Shown: piece by piece, positions 30,465 to 42,666 of the stretch
Layout of the letters: each line of letters begins with the position of its first letter
Position numbering within the stretch: position 1 is the stretch's first letter
Assembly (NCBI GenBank): GCA_963768655.1
Contig: CAVYIM010000006.1
Coordinates: 32,001 to 96,000, forward strand
Length of the DNA stretch: 64,000 nt
DNA from: an uncultured Chloroflexia bacterium
Lineage (GTDB): Bacteria > Chloroflexota > Limnocylindria > Limnocylindrales > CSP1-4
Direction: 5' to 3'
Translations under genes and position numbers: made by a program
The notes under the pieces: model-generated
Database searches by the model: none
The model's input: the letters and a program-made list of their open reading frames with translations, nothing else
Told to the model about the DNA's origin: nothing

Positions 30465-30991
30465 GCGCGGACAAGGGTGCGCGCGGCGGCCCTGCCGCGC
30501 CCGGCGTCACCAACGTCGTCCTCGCCGGCCTCGGCGGCCAGGGCGTCATCAAGGCTTCGGACATCCTGGCCGATGCCGCGCTTCGGGCCGGCTTCGACGT
30601 CAAGAAGGCCGAGGTCCACGGCATGAGCCAGCGCGGCGGCTCGGTCACCTCCGATGTCCGCTTCGGGCGCAAAGTGCTCTCGCCGATGGTGCCGCCGGGC
30701 GAGGCCGACTTCCTCCTGGTCCTCGAGCCGTCCGAGGTCGAGGTCACGCGGCCGCTGCTCCGTCCCGGCGGTGTGCTTCTCGCCCCGGATCTCGTCTCGG
30801 ACGCGCAGCTACCGAACAAGCGCAGCCTGAACGTCGCGCTGCTCGGGGCCCTCAGCCAGTACCTGGATCTGCCGGCGGAGGCGCTCCTCGACGCCGTTCG
30901 CGCCGCCCTGCCGGCCCGGCTCCATCGCGTCAACGAGCAGGCCTTCGCACTCGGCCAAAAACTCGCCGCGCGGCAGGGCACAATCCGCTAG
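30461..30991 (+). CDS. iorB: Indolepyruvate oxidoreductase beta subunit
   Basis: GLGGQGVI, EVHGMSQRGGSV, NVALLGAL; ATG 30461. Confidence 0.92.
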   Translation: MSADKGARGGPAAPGVTNVVLAGLGGQGVIKASDILADAALRAGFDVKKAEVHGMSQRGGSVTSDVRFGRKVLSPMVPPGEADFLLVLEPSEVEVTRPLLRPGGVLLAPDLVSDAQLPNKRSLNVALLGALSQYLDLPAEALLDAVRAALPARLHRVNEQAFALGQKLAARQGTIR

Positions 30992-31027
30992 TCGGGAGCC
31001 CGACCGTCCGGGCCACCCGCCGGGGCA

Positions 31028-32377
31028 GTGACCCCGCCGTCAGAGGAGGCCGCGGTGAGCGCCTGGAACGATCCGCCGGGTGGGTTCCACCCTGTCAGCA
31101 CGCCCGACTATCTGCCCCGTCCGCAGCTGCTGGCGATCCAGCTGCAACGGCTCCAGTCGGTCGTCACCCGCGCCTACGACCGCGTGCCGCTGTTCCGGTC
31201 GCGGATGGAGGAGCGGCAGCTCACGCCCGCCTCGATCCGCTCGCTGGCCGACATCGCGCGGCTGCCGTTCACGGTCAAGGCCGACCTGCGCGACACGTAT
31301 CCCTTCGGCCTGTTCGCCAGCCCGATGGAGGAGATCGTCCGTCTCCACGCATCCTCGGGCACCACCGGGAAGCCGATCGTGGTCGCCTACACCCAGTCCG
31401 ACCTCGACGTCTGGACCGAGGTCATGGTCCGCAGCTTCGCGGCCTGCGGGATCCACCGCGGCGACGTCATCCAGAACGCTTACGGCTACGGGCTGTTCAC
31501 CGGCGGCCTGGGCATGCACTACGGCGGAGAGTCGCTGGGCGCGACCGTCATCCCGATCAGCGGCGGCAACACCGAACGCCAACTCATGGTCATGCAGGAC
31601 TTCGGCGTCACGGCGCTGTGCTGCACGCCGAGCTACTTCCTCTATCTCCTCGAATCCGCGAAGGAGATGAAGATCGACTTCTCGCGTCTGCGGGTCGGCG
31701 TCTTCGGGGCCGAGCCTTGGAGCGAGGCGATGCGCGATCGCATCCAGGCCGAGAGCGGCATCCGCGCCCACGACATCTACGGTCTCTCGGAGATCATCGG
31801 TCCCGGCGTGGGCATCGAGTGCTCGCGCCAGCACGGCCTCCACGTCTTCGAGGATCACTTCTACCCGGAGATCATCGATCCCGACACGGGCGAGGTGCTG
31901 CCCGACGGCGGCGAGGGCGAGCTGGTCCTGACGACGCTGTCCAAGCAGGCGATGCCGATGATCAGGTATCGAACCCGGGACGTGACCTCGATCATGGCCG
32001 AGCCGTGCGAGTGCGGCCGCACCCTGCGCCGCATCCGCCGCATCGGCCGCCGCTCCGACGACATGCTGATCATCCGCGGCGTGAACGTCTTCCCGTCGCA
32101 GGTCGAGACGGCCCTGCTCCGCGTCGAGGGCACGCTGCCCCACTACCAGATCGTCATCACGCGTGAGAAGGGCCTGGACCAGATGGAGGTCAAGGTCGAA
32201 GTCACGCCCGAGGTCTTCTCCGACGAGATCCGCAAGCTCGAGGCCCTGCAGCATCAGCTGGAGTCGACCATCGAGAACATCCTGGGGTTGCGGGTGACCG
32301 TGACCCTGGTCCAGCCGCGCTCTCTGCCCCGATCCGAGGGCAAGGCCAGGCGCGTTTCGGATCTTCGCAACGTCTGA
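31028..32377 (+). CDS. paaK: Phenylacetate-CoA ligase
   Basis: HASSGTTGKP, YGLFTGGLG, DIYGLSE, GRRSDDMLIIRGVNVFP. Confidence 0.93.
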   Translation: MTPPSEEAAVSAWNDPPGGFHPVSTPDYLPRPQLLAIQLQRLQSVVTRAYDRVPLFRSRMEERQLTPASIRSLADIARLPFTVKADLRDTYPFGLFASPMEEIVRLHASSGTTGKPIVVAYTQSDLDVWTEVMVRSFAACGIHRGDVIQNAYGYGLFTGGLGMHYGGESLGATVIPISGGNTERQLMVMQDFGVTALCCTPSYFLYLLESAKEMKIDFSRLRVGVFGAEPWSEAMRDRIQAESGIRAHDIYGLSEIIGPGVGIECSRQHGLHVFEDHFYPEIIDPDTGEVLPDGGEGELVLTTLSKQAMPMIRYRTRDVTSIMAEPCECGRTLRRIRRIGRRSDDMLIIRGVNVFPSQVETALLRVEGTLPHYQIVITREKGLDQMEVKVEVTPEVFSDEIRKLEALQHQLESTIENILGLRVTVTLVQPRSLPRSEGKARRVSDLRNV

Positions 32378-32428
32378 CGAATCAACGGTCGAGCGGCGGG
32401 CCGGCTCGCCCGCCGAAGGAGGCCTTAG

Positions 32429-32863
32429 ATGAAGCTCCAACAGCTCTCGCTCTTCCTGGAGAACCGGCCCGGCCAGCTCCGCGCGCCATGTGACGCCCTG
32501 GGCAACGCCGGGATCGACCTTTTGACGATGACGCTGGCCGACACGGCCCAGTTCGGCATCCTGAAATTCATCGTCGCCGATCCTGAGCGCGCCAGGAAAG
32601 TGCTCGAGGCGGAGGGGATGATCGTCAGCGTGACCGAAGTGGTGCCGATCCAGGTCGACAACAAACCGGGCGGCCTGGCGTCCGTGCTCGGTGCTATCGA
32701 GGCGGCCGGGCTGGGCGTCGAGTATATGTACGACTTCGCCGCCCGTGCCACGCCCGACAAGGCGGCGATCATCTTCCGCTTCGAGGACCCGGACCGTGCC
32801 CTCGAAGCCCTCAAGGCGGCCGGGGTCCGCATCCTCACCAGCGAGGAACTGCTCGGCAAGTAG
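32429..32863 (+). CDS. Tandem ACT-domain protein
   Basis: QLSLFLENRPG, DNKPGGL, VEYMY; usual neighbour of paaK. Confidence 0.88.
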   Translation: MKLQQLSLFLENRPGQLRAPCDALGNAGIDLLTMTLADTAQFGILKFIVADPERARKVLEAEGMIVSVTEVVPIQVDNKPGGLASVLGAIEAAGLGVEYMYDFAARATPDKAAIIFRFEDPDRALEALKAAGVRILTSEELLGK

Positions 32864-32899
32864 GCCACGAGGCGGCGGGCGGGGCGACAGCCACGACCT

Positions 32900-33123
32900 T
32901 CTGGTCAGACTTGACTGGTGTGAGAGTTGGCCGTCCGATCGCGGCCGTGCGGCGGGTGGTGAGGCGCCGGGAGACAGACGGGCCGCGCGTGTCACGCTCG
33001 GGCGGCAATTCCATGAGCGGCCGGCGACCGGTCCGCCAGCGCTCGGAGCGGCCGGCGACCGGTCACGGGCGCTCGTAGCGGCTCGATCCGTCGCAACTCT
33101 CATGGAGGGCAAGTCTGACCAGA
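32900..33123 (+). mobile_element. Inverted-repeat-bounded unit, copy B (gene-less, MITE/REPIN-like)
   Basis: TCTGGTCAGACTTG-N7-TGAGAGTTG at 32900-29 and CAACTCTCA-N7-CAAGTCTGACCAGA at 33094-123; homologous to copy A; no target-site duplication seen, so mobility is inferred. Confidence 0.65.
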
Positions 33124-33177
33124 TGCCGGGCATGTCCTGCACTGAATAGGGACTCATGGCCTCGGGCCGCGGTCTAT

Positions 33178-33477
33178 CTAGTCGCGGCCCCGCAGCAACG
33201 ACACCTGGAAGCCGCGCAACTCGCCCGTTGCGAAGCCGGCGGCGATGGCCGGGTCCTCGTCCATGATCCGCCGCGCCGCGGCCTCGTCCGGCGCCTCGAT
33301 CACGGCAATCCCGGTGTTGATGCGCCCGAGCGTCGGGCCGGCCATGATCAGCGTTCCCTCGGCCAGCAGCCGCTTCAGGCGTTCGAAATGGATGCCCCAG
33401 ACGCGCCGCTCCTCGGCCGTCATCGTGGCCGCGAAATCCTCCCGCGGGGCGTGCAAGAAGTAGATCCACTGGGCCAT
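33178..33477 (-). CDS. YciI-like protein
   Basis: H..RL..L...G.LIMAGPT...A...MDEDPA pattern. Confidence 0.8.
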   Translation of the reverse strand: MAQWIYFLHAPREDFAATMTAEERRVWGIHFERLKRLLAEGTLIMAGPTLGRINTGIAVIEAPDEAAARRIMDEDPAIAAGFATGELRGFQVSLLRGRD

Positions 33478-33615
33478 CGTCGCCTCGCTCCAAGCCTGTC
33501 GGCCAGTGGGCGAGACAGGTCCTCGCCCGGTGCCAGGATGATCCTCTCAAGCTACGCCCGCCAGACGCCGGCTGTGGCGTCTCACCGGCAGGAGGATGCC
33601 TGCGCCTTTGGACGC

Positions 33616-33788
33616 ATGCGACATCGGACGTTCGGGCGTACAGGCTGGGAGGTCCGCGAGATCGGCTACGGAACCTGGGGAATGGGCGAGTGGTCCGGCT
33701 CGGACGACACGGAGTCGCCGGCCCACTGCCGCCCAAGCTCGTAACCGAGCTTCGCCATCGCCGCTGGGACGGCGTCACGAAGATCTGA
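33616..33788 (+). pseudogene. Aldo/keto reductase remnant with an internal deletion
   Basis: N-terminus MRHRTFGRTGWEVREIGYGTWGMG joined out of frame to a likely C-terminus GPLPPKLVTELRHRRWD...*. Confidence 0.75.
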
Positions 33789-33849
33789 TCCGCGATTGCG
33801 ACGGATTGGATACTTGACGACGGACGATCGCCGCAAGGGGAGCCTGCCG

Positions 33850-34584
33850 ATGGCAGACAAGCCGGTCTTGTACGGGCAAAGCGACGACTGGAACCTGCCC
33901 GAGGAACCGTCGCCGCTCCGGCATCCGGCCCGGCTGCTGGCGCTAGCCGGTGCGGCCACTGCGATCGTCGGAGTCATGTTGCCCTGGGTGAACTACGGCG
34001 TCGATACGTTCCACGCCTCCGCCAACGGATTCACCGGCGACACCTGGGGGATATTCGCCGTGGCGACCGTCGGCGCGCAAGTCGGCGTACTGGCCTCGCG
34101 GTTAGCCGCCAGGAGTCAGGCCAGGTCGATCCAGCTGCTGCCGGCCTTTCTCGGACTCCTCGGGCTGGCCATCTACTTCGATGCCTGGCTGGCGGCCCAG
34201 CAGCTCGCCGACTCCTACCGATCTTCCGGCTACACGGTGTCTTTCGCCGCCGGGCTCTGGGTCCTTCTCGTGGGCGTGGTCCTGTGCGCCATTGGCGGTC
34301 TGGCCTCCAGCGTGGTCGTCTGGCGAGCCGCCGCCGCAAGGCGATCGAATCCCGACATCAGCGCCGGGCAGGTGGCCGGCCAGGGCGCCGGCTTCTTCGC
34401 GGAGCTGGCAGTCGGCGCTCTGGTCAGCCTGGGCAGCGCCATCGGCGGGGGCGTCATCGCCCTGTATCTGATCCACGGCAATGGCGAGGAGTCCGGCTTG
34501 ATCGTGCTCTTCACCGTGCTGGGGGTGTTCGTCGGCGCAGTAGTGACGCACGCACTGTGGAGTCGCTTCATCTCGCACGAGTAG
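33850..34584 (+). CDS. Hypothetical membrane protein
   Basis: About six hydrophobic segments; AAGGGGAG ribosome site before ATG 33850. Confidence 0.75.
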   Translation: MADKPVLYGQSDDWNLPEEPSPLRHPARLLALAGAATAIVGVMLPWVNYGVDTFHASANGFTGDTWGIFAVATVGAQVGVLASRLAARSQARSIQLLPAFLGLLGLAIYFDAWLAAQQLADSYRSSGYTVSFAAGLWVLLVGVVLCAIGGLASSVVVWRAAAARRSNPDISAGQVAGQGAGFFAELAVGALVSLGSAIGGGVIALYLIHGNGEESGLIVLFTVLGVFVGAVVTHALWSRFISHE

Positions 34585-34617
34585 CCGGGGCAGCCACGGC
34601 CGGAACAGCCAGCCGGC

Positions 34618-37458
<2,841 letters not shown>

Positions 37459-37491
37459 GACTTCTCCTCCGAAGTCCGAATCTCGCTCGGT

Positions 37492-37647
37492 CAGGCGGCC
37501 CATTTCGTTGCTGGCTCCTGCGCTCCTTGGTCACGCGCGTTCGGGTGCGCCTGCGCCGGTGTTGCTCGTCGCCCGGGACTGCGCGGTCGGCCCGAGCAAA
37601 CCGGGTTACTTTCAAGCGCGCTTGCCGCTCCAATGGGCCGGAACCTG
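37492..37647. ncRNA. Candidate rod-like structured RNA upstream of acnA
   Basis: Nested stems 37496-504/37632-40, 37535-41/37614-21 and 37556-68/37593-604. Confidence 0.35.
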
Positions 37648-37790
37648 CGCCTCGGCCGCCGGGGACGCGCTACACTCGGCCCGGCGGTCGCTGCCTGCCG
37701 CGCTTCTCACGCGGCATCGCCGCGACCCACCGCCGGGTCCAGATCGGGCGCAAGGATAGCGCGAGTCCGCGGGAAGGGGAGGAGTGTCGC

Positions 37791-38855
37791 GTGAAACTGT
37801 GGCGCGACGGTCGAGGCTGGGGCACGGGGCGAGACACCGACTGGGATAGCGGCGAGGGTGAGCGTGGGCCGGCGGGCGGGGGCCCGGCCGGCTCGCCGCA
37901 GCCGAAAGGGGATGTGGGCCGCCACCGCCATGGCGATCGGATCCACGCCCACACCGAGCCTCACCCTCACAACCGCGCCGCGGGCGGCGCGCCCAGCGTC
38001 GGCATCATCGGCGCCGGGGCAGTCGGCACGGCGCTGGGAGTCGCCATCGCTCGCGCCGGCTGGCCGGTGGTCGCGGTGGCCAGTCGCGACGCCGGGCGGC
38101 GCGAGCGGTTCCGCGGCCTGGTCCCGGGCGTCCGCGCGTTCGTCGAGCCGGTGGCCATCCTCGACGAGGTGGAGCTGGCCATCCTGGCAGTCCCCGATGA
38201 CGCCCTGCCTTCGGTCGTCGAGTCGATGCGTCTGTATAGCGGGCAGGCCCTGGTCCACACGAGCGGCCTGCTCGGGGCCGAGGTGCTCCAGCCGGCCGTG
38301 GCCGCGGGGAGCCAGATCGGAGCCTTCCATCCCCTCGTCTCGTTCACCTCGGACGTGGAGCGATCCGTCGGGGCGATCACCGGCGCGACGATCGCCCTGG
38401 AGGGCGACGATCGACTGATGGGGCTCCTGGCGGACCTCGCCGAAGCGCTGGGGGCGGTCCCTGTCCGCCTGCCGCGCGGCAGCAAGCCGGCATATCACGC
38501 GGCCGCCATGCTGGCCTCGGGCGGTCTCGTCGCCCTGCTCGATGCCATCGTGACGCTGGGCGCTGCGGCCGGCATGGACGAGCGCGGCTCGCTGGCCGTG
38601 TATGGCCGCCTGGTGGAGCAGACCCTTGCCAACGCGCGCACGATCGGCGTCAACGCCGCTCTCACCGGCCCCATCGCCAGGGGTGACGCCGGCACCGTCG
38701 AGGCCCATCTGGCCGCGCTCGAGCGCCTCGCTCCGGACGCCGTGGAGCTCTATCTGGCGGCCGCGCGGAGGGAGCTGGGGCTCGTCGAGGCCCGGCGCGC
38801 CCTGACACCGGAGCAGCTGGAACGTGTTCGGGCCGTGCTTGCAAAGCCTGCCTGA
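37791..38855 (+). CDS. Rossmann-like/DUF2520 oxidoreductase
   Basis: GIIGAGAVG, LAVPDDA, VHTSG, FHPL, YHAAA, ALTGPIARGD. Confidence 0.9.
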   Translation: MKLWRDGRGWGTGRDTDWDSGEGERGPAGGGPAGSPQPKGDVGRHRHGDRIHAHTEPHPHNRAAGGAPSVGIIGAGAVGTALGVAIARAGWPVVAVASRDAGRRERFRGLVPGVRAFVEPVAILDEVELAILAVPDDALPSVVESMRLYSGQALVHTSGLLGAEVLQPAVAAGSQIGAFHPLVSFTSDVERSVGAITGATIALEGDDRLMGLLADLAEALGAVPVRLPRGSKPAYHAAAMLASGGLVALLDAIVTLGAAAGMDERGSLAVYGRLVEQTLANARTIGVNAALTGPIARGDAGTVEAHLAALERLAPDAVELYLAAARRELGLVEARRALTPEQLERVRAVLAKPA

Positions 38856-38873
38856 CCGGGTACGATTGGCGAC

Positions 38874-39188
38874 ATGCAGCACAGCATCGCGGCGAAGTAC
38901 GCGGCCAGGCAGGCTGCCTGCTTCGTCCGTCCGGCCGGTCGCGAGCGGGAGCGGCGGCTCGGGCTTCACGCCAGCCTCAGCTTCCAGCGTGCCGCCACGC
39001 GCGTGACGATCCTTCGCCCCTCGCACGGCGGCCTGCACATGAGCGGGTGGCGCCCCGCCGCCTCGGCTCAGTCGCGGGCCCACCGCAGCGGTGTCGTTCG
39101 TCCCGCGGTCACGATCTGCTGGGCCGGCCTCGGCCGGCCGCGTGCCGAACGTCGGTCGATCCTCGCGCCGGCACCGTGGCGAGGCTGA
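38874..39188 (+). CDS. Small basic hypothetical protein, probably leaderless
   Basis: TTGCAA-16-TACGAT ends 7 nt before the ATG; 3' end overlaps the NUDIX start. Confidence 0.5.
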   Translation: MQHSIAAKYAARQAACFVRPAGRERERRLGLHASLSFQRAATRVTILRPSHGGLHMSGWRPAASAQSRAHRSGVVRPAVTICWAGLGRPRAERRSILAPAPWRG

Positions 39189-39631
39189 CTGCCGCCACCG
39201 CGACGTCCGCCGGCGGCATCGTCATTCGTTTCGCGGACTCGACTCCTCAGTTCATAGCCGGGCGCCGCCGACGCGAGCGAGACGGCGCCACGTGGACCCT
39301 GCCCAAAGGGACGCCGATCGCGGGCGAGACGCTGGAGGAAACGGCCCTGCGCGAGGTCGGCGAGGAGACCGGTCTCCTCGTCCGTATCATCTCGCCCCTG
39401 GACGCGATCAGCTACACGTTCGTTCAGCGCGGGACGCGAATACACAAGACCGTTCACTACTTTCTGATGGAGCCGATCGGCGGCAGCCTGGAAGGTCACG
39501 ATCACGAGTTCGAGGAGGTTCGCTGGGTGGGTTTCGAAGAGGCTCAAGCGCTCCTCTCGTTCGAAACTGAACGGTCGCTGGTTGCCCTCGCGGCGGGACG
39601 GCTGCCTGAGCTACGGAGCGCTCCACGCTAG
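39176..39631 (+). CDS. NUDIX hydrolase
   Basis: SAGGIV, LPKGTP..GETLEETALREVGEETG. Confidence 0.9.
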   Translation: MARLTAATATSAGGIVIRFADSTPQFIAGRRRRERDGATWTLPKGTPIAGETLEETALREVGEETGLLVRIISPLDAISYTFVQRGTRIHKTVHYFLMEPIGGSLEGHDHEFEEVRWVGFEEAQALLSFETERSLVALAAGRLPELRSAPR

Positions 39632-39698
39632 AGGTGGCCTCGCCCGTGTGATTGTCCGGAGCGCTCGAAGACACTCAGCTGATTGGAGGTCGACCTCT

Positions 39699-40799
39699 AT
39701 GACGGGGCTGCTCGCGACACCGCTGGCTGATCGCCATCTGGCACTCGGCGCCCGGATGGTCGAGTTCGCCGGCTGGTCGATGCCGGTTCAGTACACCGGC
39801 ATTCTGGAGGAGCACCGCGCCGTTCGAAGTCGCGCCGGGCTCTTCGACCTGTCCCACATGGGCGAGATCTTCGTCGAGGGGCGGGAGGCGGCCGGGGCTC
39901 TGGGGTACGCCCTGGTCAGCGAGCCGGCCGCGCTGAAAGTCGGGCGTGCCCACTACTCGATGATCTGCCTCCCCGAAGGCGGCGTTCTCGACGACCTGAT
40001 CGTGTATCGCCTGGGCGAAGAGCGGTTCATGGTCGTCGCCAACGCGTCGAACGCGGCGGCCGTCAGCGACGCCCTGGCGGAACGCATCGCCGGCTACCGG
40101 GTCGTGCTCGACGACCGCTCGCTGACCACCGCTCTGGTCGCCATCCAGGGTCCTCTGTCGCTGCAGGTCATGGCGCCGTTGACTGATCTGGCGATCGCCG
40201 ACCTGCGCTACTACGCCGTGGGCGAGGGACACGTGGCCGGCGTGCCGGCGCTCGTCGCCCGGACCGGCTACACCGGCGAGGACGGCTTCGAGGTCTTCGT
40301 CGACGTGGCTTCGGCCGGCCGCGTCTGGGATGCCCTGATGGAGGCGGGCCGGTCGGCCGGCGTCATCCCGGTCGGTCTCGGCGCCCGCGACACATTGCGC
40401 CTGGAGGCGGGGATGCCGCTCTACGGCAACGAGCTCGGCTCCGACACGACACCCTACGAAGCGGGACTGGGTCGCGTGGTCAAGCTCGGCAAGGAGGGCG
40501 ATTTCGTCGGCCGGGCCGCGCTCGAGAAGGCCGACGCCGAAGGTCCGCGCAAGAAGCTGGTGGGCCTGGCCGTTCGGGGCCGGGGGATCGCCCGCCACGG
40601 CTACGAGCTCTTCGCCGGCGATCGCCGAACGGGGGTGGTCACGAGTGGAACGCTCTCGCCGACCCTGGGCGAGCCGATCGCGATGGCCTACGCAGCGCCG
40701 TCCGACGCGGAGCCCGGTACGATACTGGAGGTGAAGATCCGCGATCAGCGCGTCCCGGCGCAAGTCGTGGTTCTGCCGTTCTACCGCCGGGCCAGCTGA
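39699..40799 (+). CDS. gcvT: Glycine cleavage T protein
   Basis: FAGWSMPVQY, FDLSHMGE, RTGYTGEDGFE, GLGARDTLRLEAG. Confidence 0.96.
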   Translation: MTGLLATPLADRHLALGARMVEFAGWSMPVQYTGILEEHRAVRSRAGLFDLSHMGEIFVEGREAAGALGYALVSEPAALKVGRAHYSMICLPEGGVLDDLIVYRLGEERFMVVANASNAAAVSDALAERIAGYRVVLDDRSLTTALVAIQGPLSLQVMAPLTDLAIADLRYYAVGEGHVAGVPALVARTGYTGEDGFEVFVDVASAGRVWDALMEAGRSAGVIPVGLGARDTLRLEAGMPLYGNELGSDTTPYEAGLGRVVKLGKEGDFVGRAALEKADAEGPRKKLVGLAVRGRGIARHGYELFAGDRRTGVVTSGTLSPTLGEPIAMAYAAPSDAEPGTILEVKIRDQRVPAQVVVLPFYRRAS

Positions 40800-40851
40800 C
40801 TGCGGCCCGGCATCCGTTCGGCGGGACTGACCAACAGGAGCGGAGGCGAAG

Positions 40852-41229
40852 GTGGCTCAGGATCTGCGCTACACCAAAGAGCACGAATGGGTTCGAGTGG
40901 AGGGGGATCTGGCTACCGTCGGCATCACCGACTATGCCGCCGAGCAGCTCGGCGACATAGTCTTCGTGGAGTTGCCGGAGATCGGCCGGTCGCTTACCCA
41001 GTTCGACGCCGTCGGCGTGATCGAGTCGGTCAAGGCCGTGAGCGATCTCTTCGCCCCCATCTCGGGCGAGGTCGTCGAGGCCAACGCGGAGCTCGCCGGC
41101 AGCCCCGAGCTCGTCAACGGCGATCCGTTCGGTAAGGGTTGGATGCTCCGAGTTCGGATCGCGGATAGCAGCCAGCTGGACGCCCTGCTCGACGGGGACG
41201 CCTATGCGGAGCTGACCCGCGAGGGCTGA
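40852..41229 (+). CDS. gcvH: Glycine cleavage H protein
   Basis: YTKEHEW, GITDYA, ESVKA (lipoyl Lys). Confidence 0.97.
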   Translation: MAQDLRYTKEHEWVRVEGDLATVGITDYAAEQLGDIVFVELPEIGRSLTQFDAVGVIESVKAVSDLFAPISGEVVEANAELAGSPELVNGDPFGKGWMLRVRIADSSQLDALLDGDAYAELTREG

Positions 41230-41292
41230 CGAGATGGCAGGTTTCGCGCTTGAGCGGCTGAGCCGGCACGACGCGGCAGCGGAGCGGGGTTG

Positions 41293-42666
41293 ATGGCGTA
41301 CAGCCCGCATACCCCCGCCGATCGCGCCGCCATGCTCGAAGCGATCGGCGTTGCCTCCGTGGACGAGCTATTCGCCGACATCCCGGCGGCCCTGCGGGCC
41401 TCGGAGCTGAAGCTCCCGCCGCCGGAATCGGAAGTGGAGCTGACTGGCCGGCTCCAGGCCCTGGCGGGCCGCAATCGTGTCGACCTGGTGAGCTTCCTCG
41501 GCGCCGGGGCCTACCGCCACTTCGTGCCCGCGGTGCTCGACCAGCTGCTCCTGCGCGGCGAGTTCTACACCGCCTACACGCCCTACCAGCCGGAGATCAG
41601 CCAGGGCACGCTGCAGACCATCTACGAGTACCAGTCCATGATGGCCGAGCTGACCGGCATGGACGTGGTCTCGGCCTCGCACTACGACGGGGCGACGGCC
41701 ACCGCCGAAGGCGCCCTGATGGCCTGTCGCGCCACCCGCCGCGAGCGCGTGCTCGTGAGCCGCGGCGTCCACCCGCACTATCGGCAGACGCTGTGCACGT
41801 ACTTCGCCGGCGCCGATCTCGTGGCCGACGAGATCCCGCTGGTCGCGGACGGGCCGGACTCGGGCACGACGGACCTGGCCGCCCTGGAGCGAATGCTGGC
41901 CGATCCGGAACACCCGGTGGCAGGCGTGGTCGCGGCCAACCCCGACTTCCTGGGGTTGCTCGAGCCGATGGCGCAGATCGGACGCCTGGCCCACGCCGCC
42001 GGAGCCCTCTTCGTCGCCGTCGTCGAGCCGGTCTCGCTGGCCGTCCTGGCGCCGCCCGGTTCCTACGGCGCCGACATCGCCTGCGGCGAGGGGCAACCGC
42101 TCGGGATCCCGCTTTCGTACGGAGGTCCGTACCTGGGCATCCTGGCCTGCCGCGAGCCGCTCGTCCGGCAGATCCCCGGCCGCCTGGTCGGCATGACGAC
42201 CGACGTCGACGGCAGGCGAGCCTTCGTCATGACCCTGCGGGCCCGCGAGCAGGACATCAGACGGGAGAAGGCCTCGAGCAACATCTGCACGAACCAGGCC
42301 CTGTGCGCCCTGGCCGCGGCCATCTATCTGGGCGCCATCGGGCCGCATGGGCTGCGCGACGTGGCGGCCCTGGGCGCCGCCCGCGCCGCCGAACTGGAGC
42401 GAGCCCTGGCCGCGGCCGGCGCCCCGCGGCTCCATCCCGGGCCGTATCTCAACGAGTTCGCCGTCCGGGTGCCCGATGCACCCGACGTGCACCGCCGCCT
42501 CCTCGGCCGTGGCGTCCTGGCAGGCCTGGTCCTGGCGGCAGCCGAGCCGGAGGATCCGTCCCTCGCCGAGGGGCTGCTGGTCTGCGCCACGGAGGTCACG
42601 ACGCCGGGGGAGATCGCCGTCTTCGCGTCGGCTCTCGGCGAGGAGCTCGCGGGGGACGTTCGATGA
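41293..42666 (+). CDS. gcvPA: Glycine dehydrogenase subunit 1
   Basis: FLGAGAY, YTPYQPEISQG, REQDIRREKASSNICTN. Confidence 0.95.
   Translation: MAYSPHTPADRAAMLEAIGVASVDELFADIPAALRASELKLPPPESEVELTGRLQALAGRNRVDLVSFLGAGAYRHFVPAVLDQLLLRGEFYTAYTPYQPEISQGTLQTIYEYQSMMAELTGMDVVSASHYDGATATAEGALMACRATRRERVLVSRGVHPHYRQTLCTYFAGADLVADEIPLVADGPDSGTTDLAALERMLADPEHPVAGVVAANPDFLGLLEPMAQIGRLAHAAGALFVAVVEPVSLAVLAPPGSYGADIACGEGQPLGIPLSYGGPYLGILACREPLVRQIPGRLVGMTTDVDGRRAFVMTLRAREQDIRREKASSNICTNQALCALAAAIYLGAIGPHGLRDVAALGAARAAELERALAAAGAPRLHPGPYLNEFAVRVPDAPDVHRRLLGRGVLAGLVLAAAEPEDPSLAEGLLVCATEVTTPGEIAVFASALGEELAGDVR

Noticed and set aside
31040-33778. 912-aa and other long antisense ORFs across the window
   Set aside because: These are shadow ORFs expected in high-GC DNA opposite well-supported genes.
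39632-39698. Glycine riboswitch before gcvT
   Set aside because: The region is too short and lacks the GGAGA/CCGAAG/CUCAGG core.
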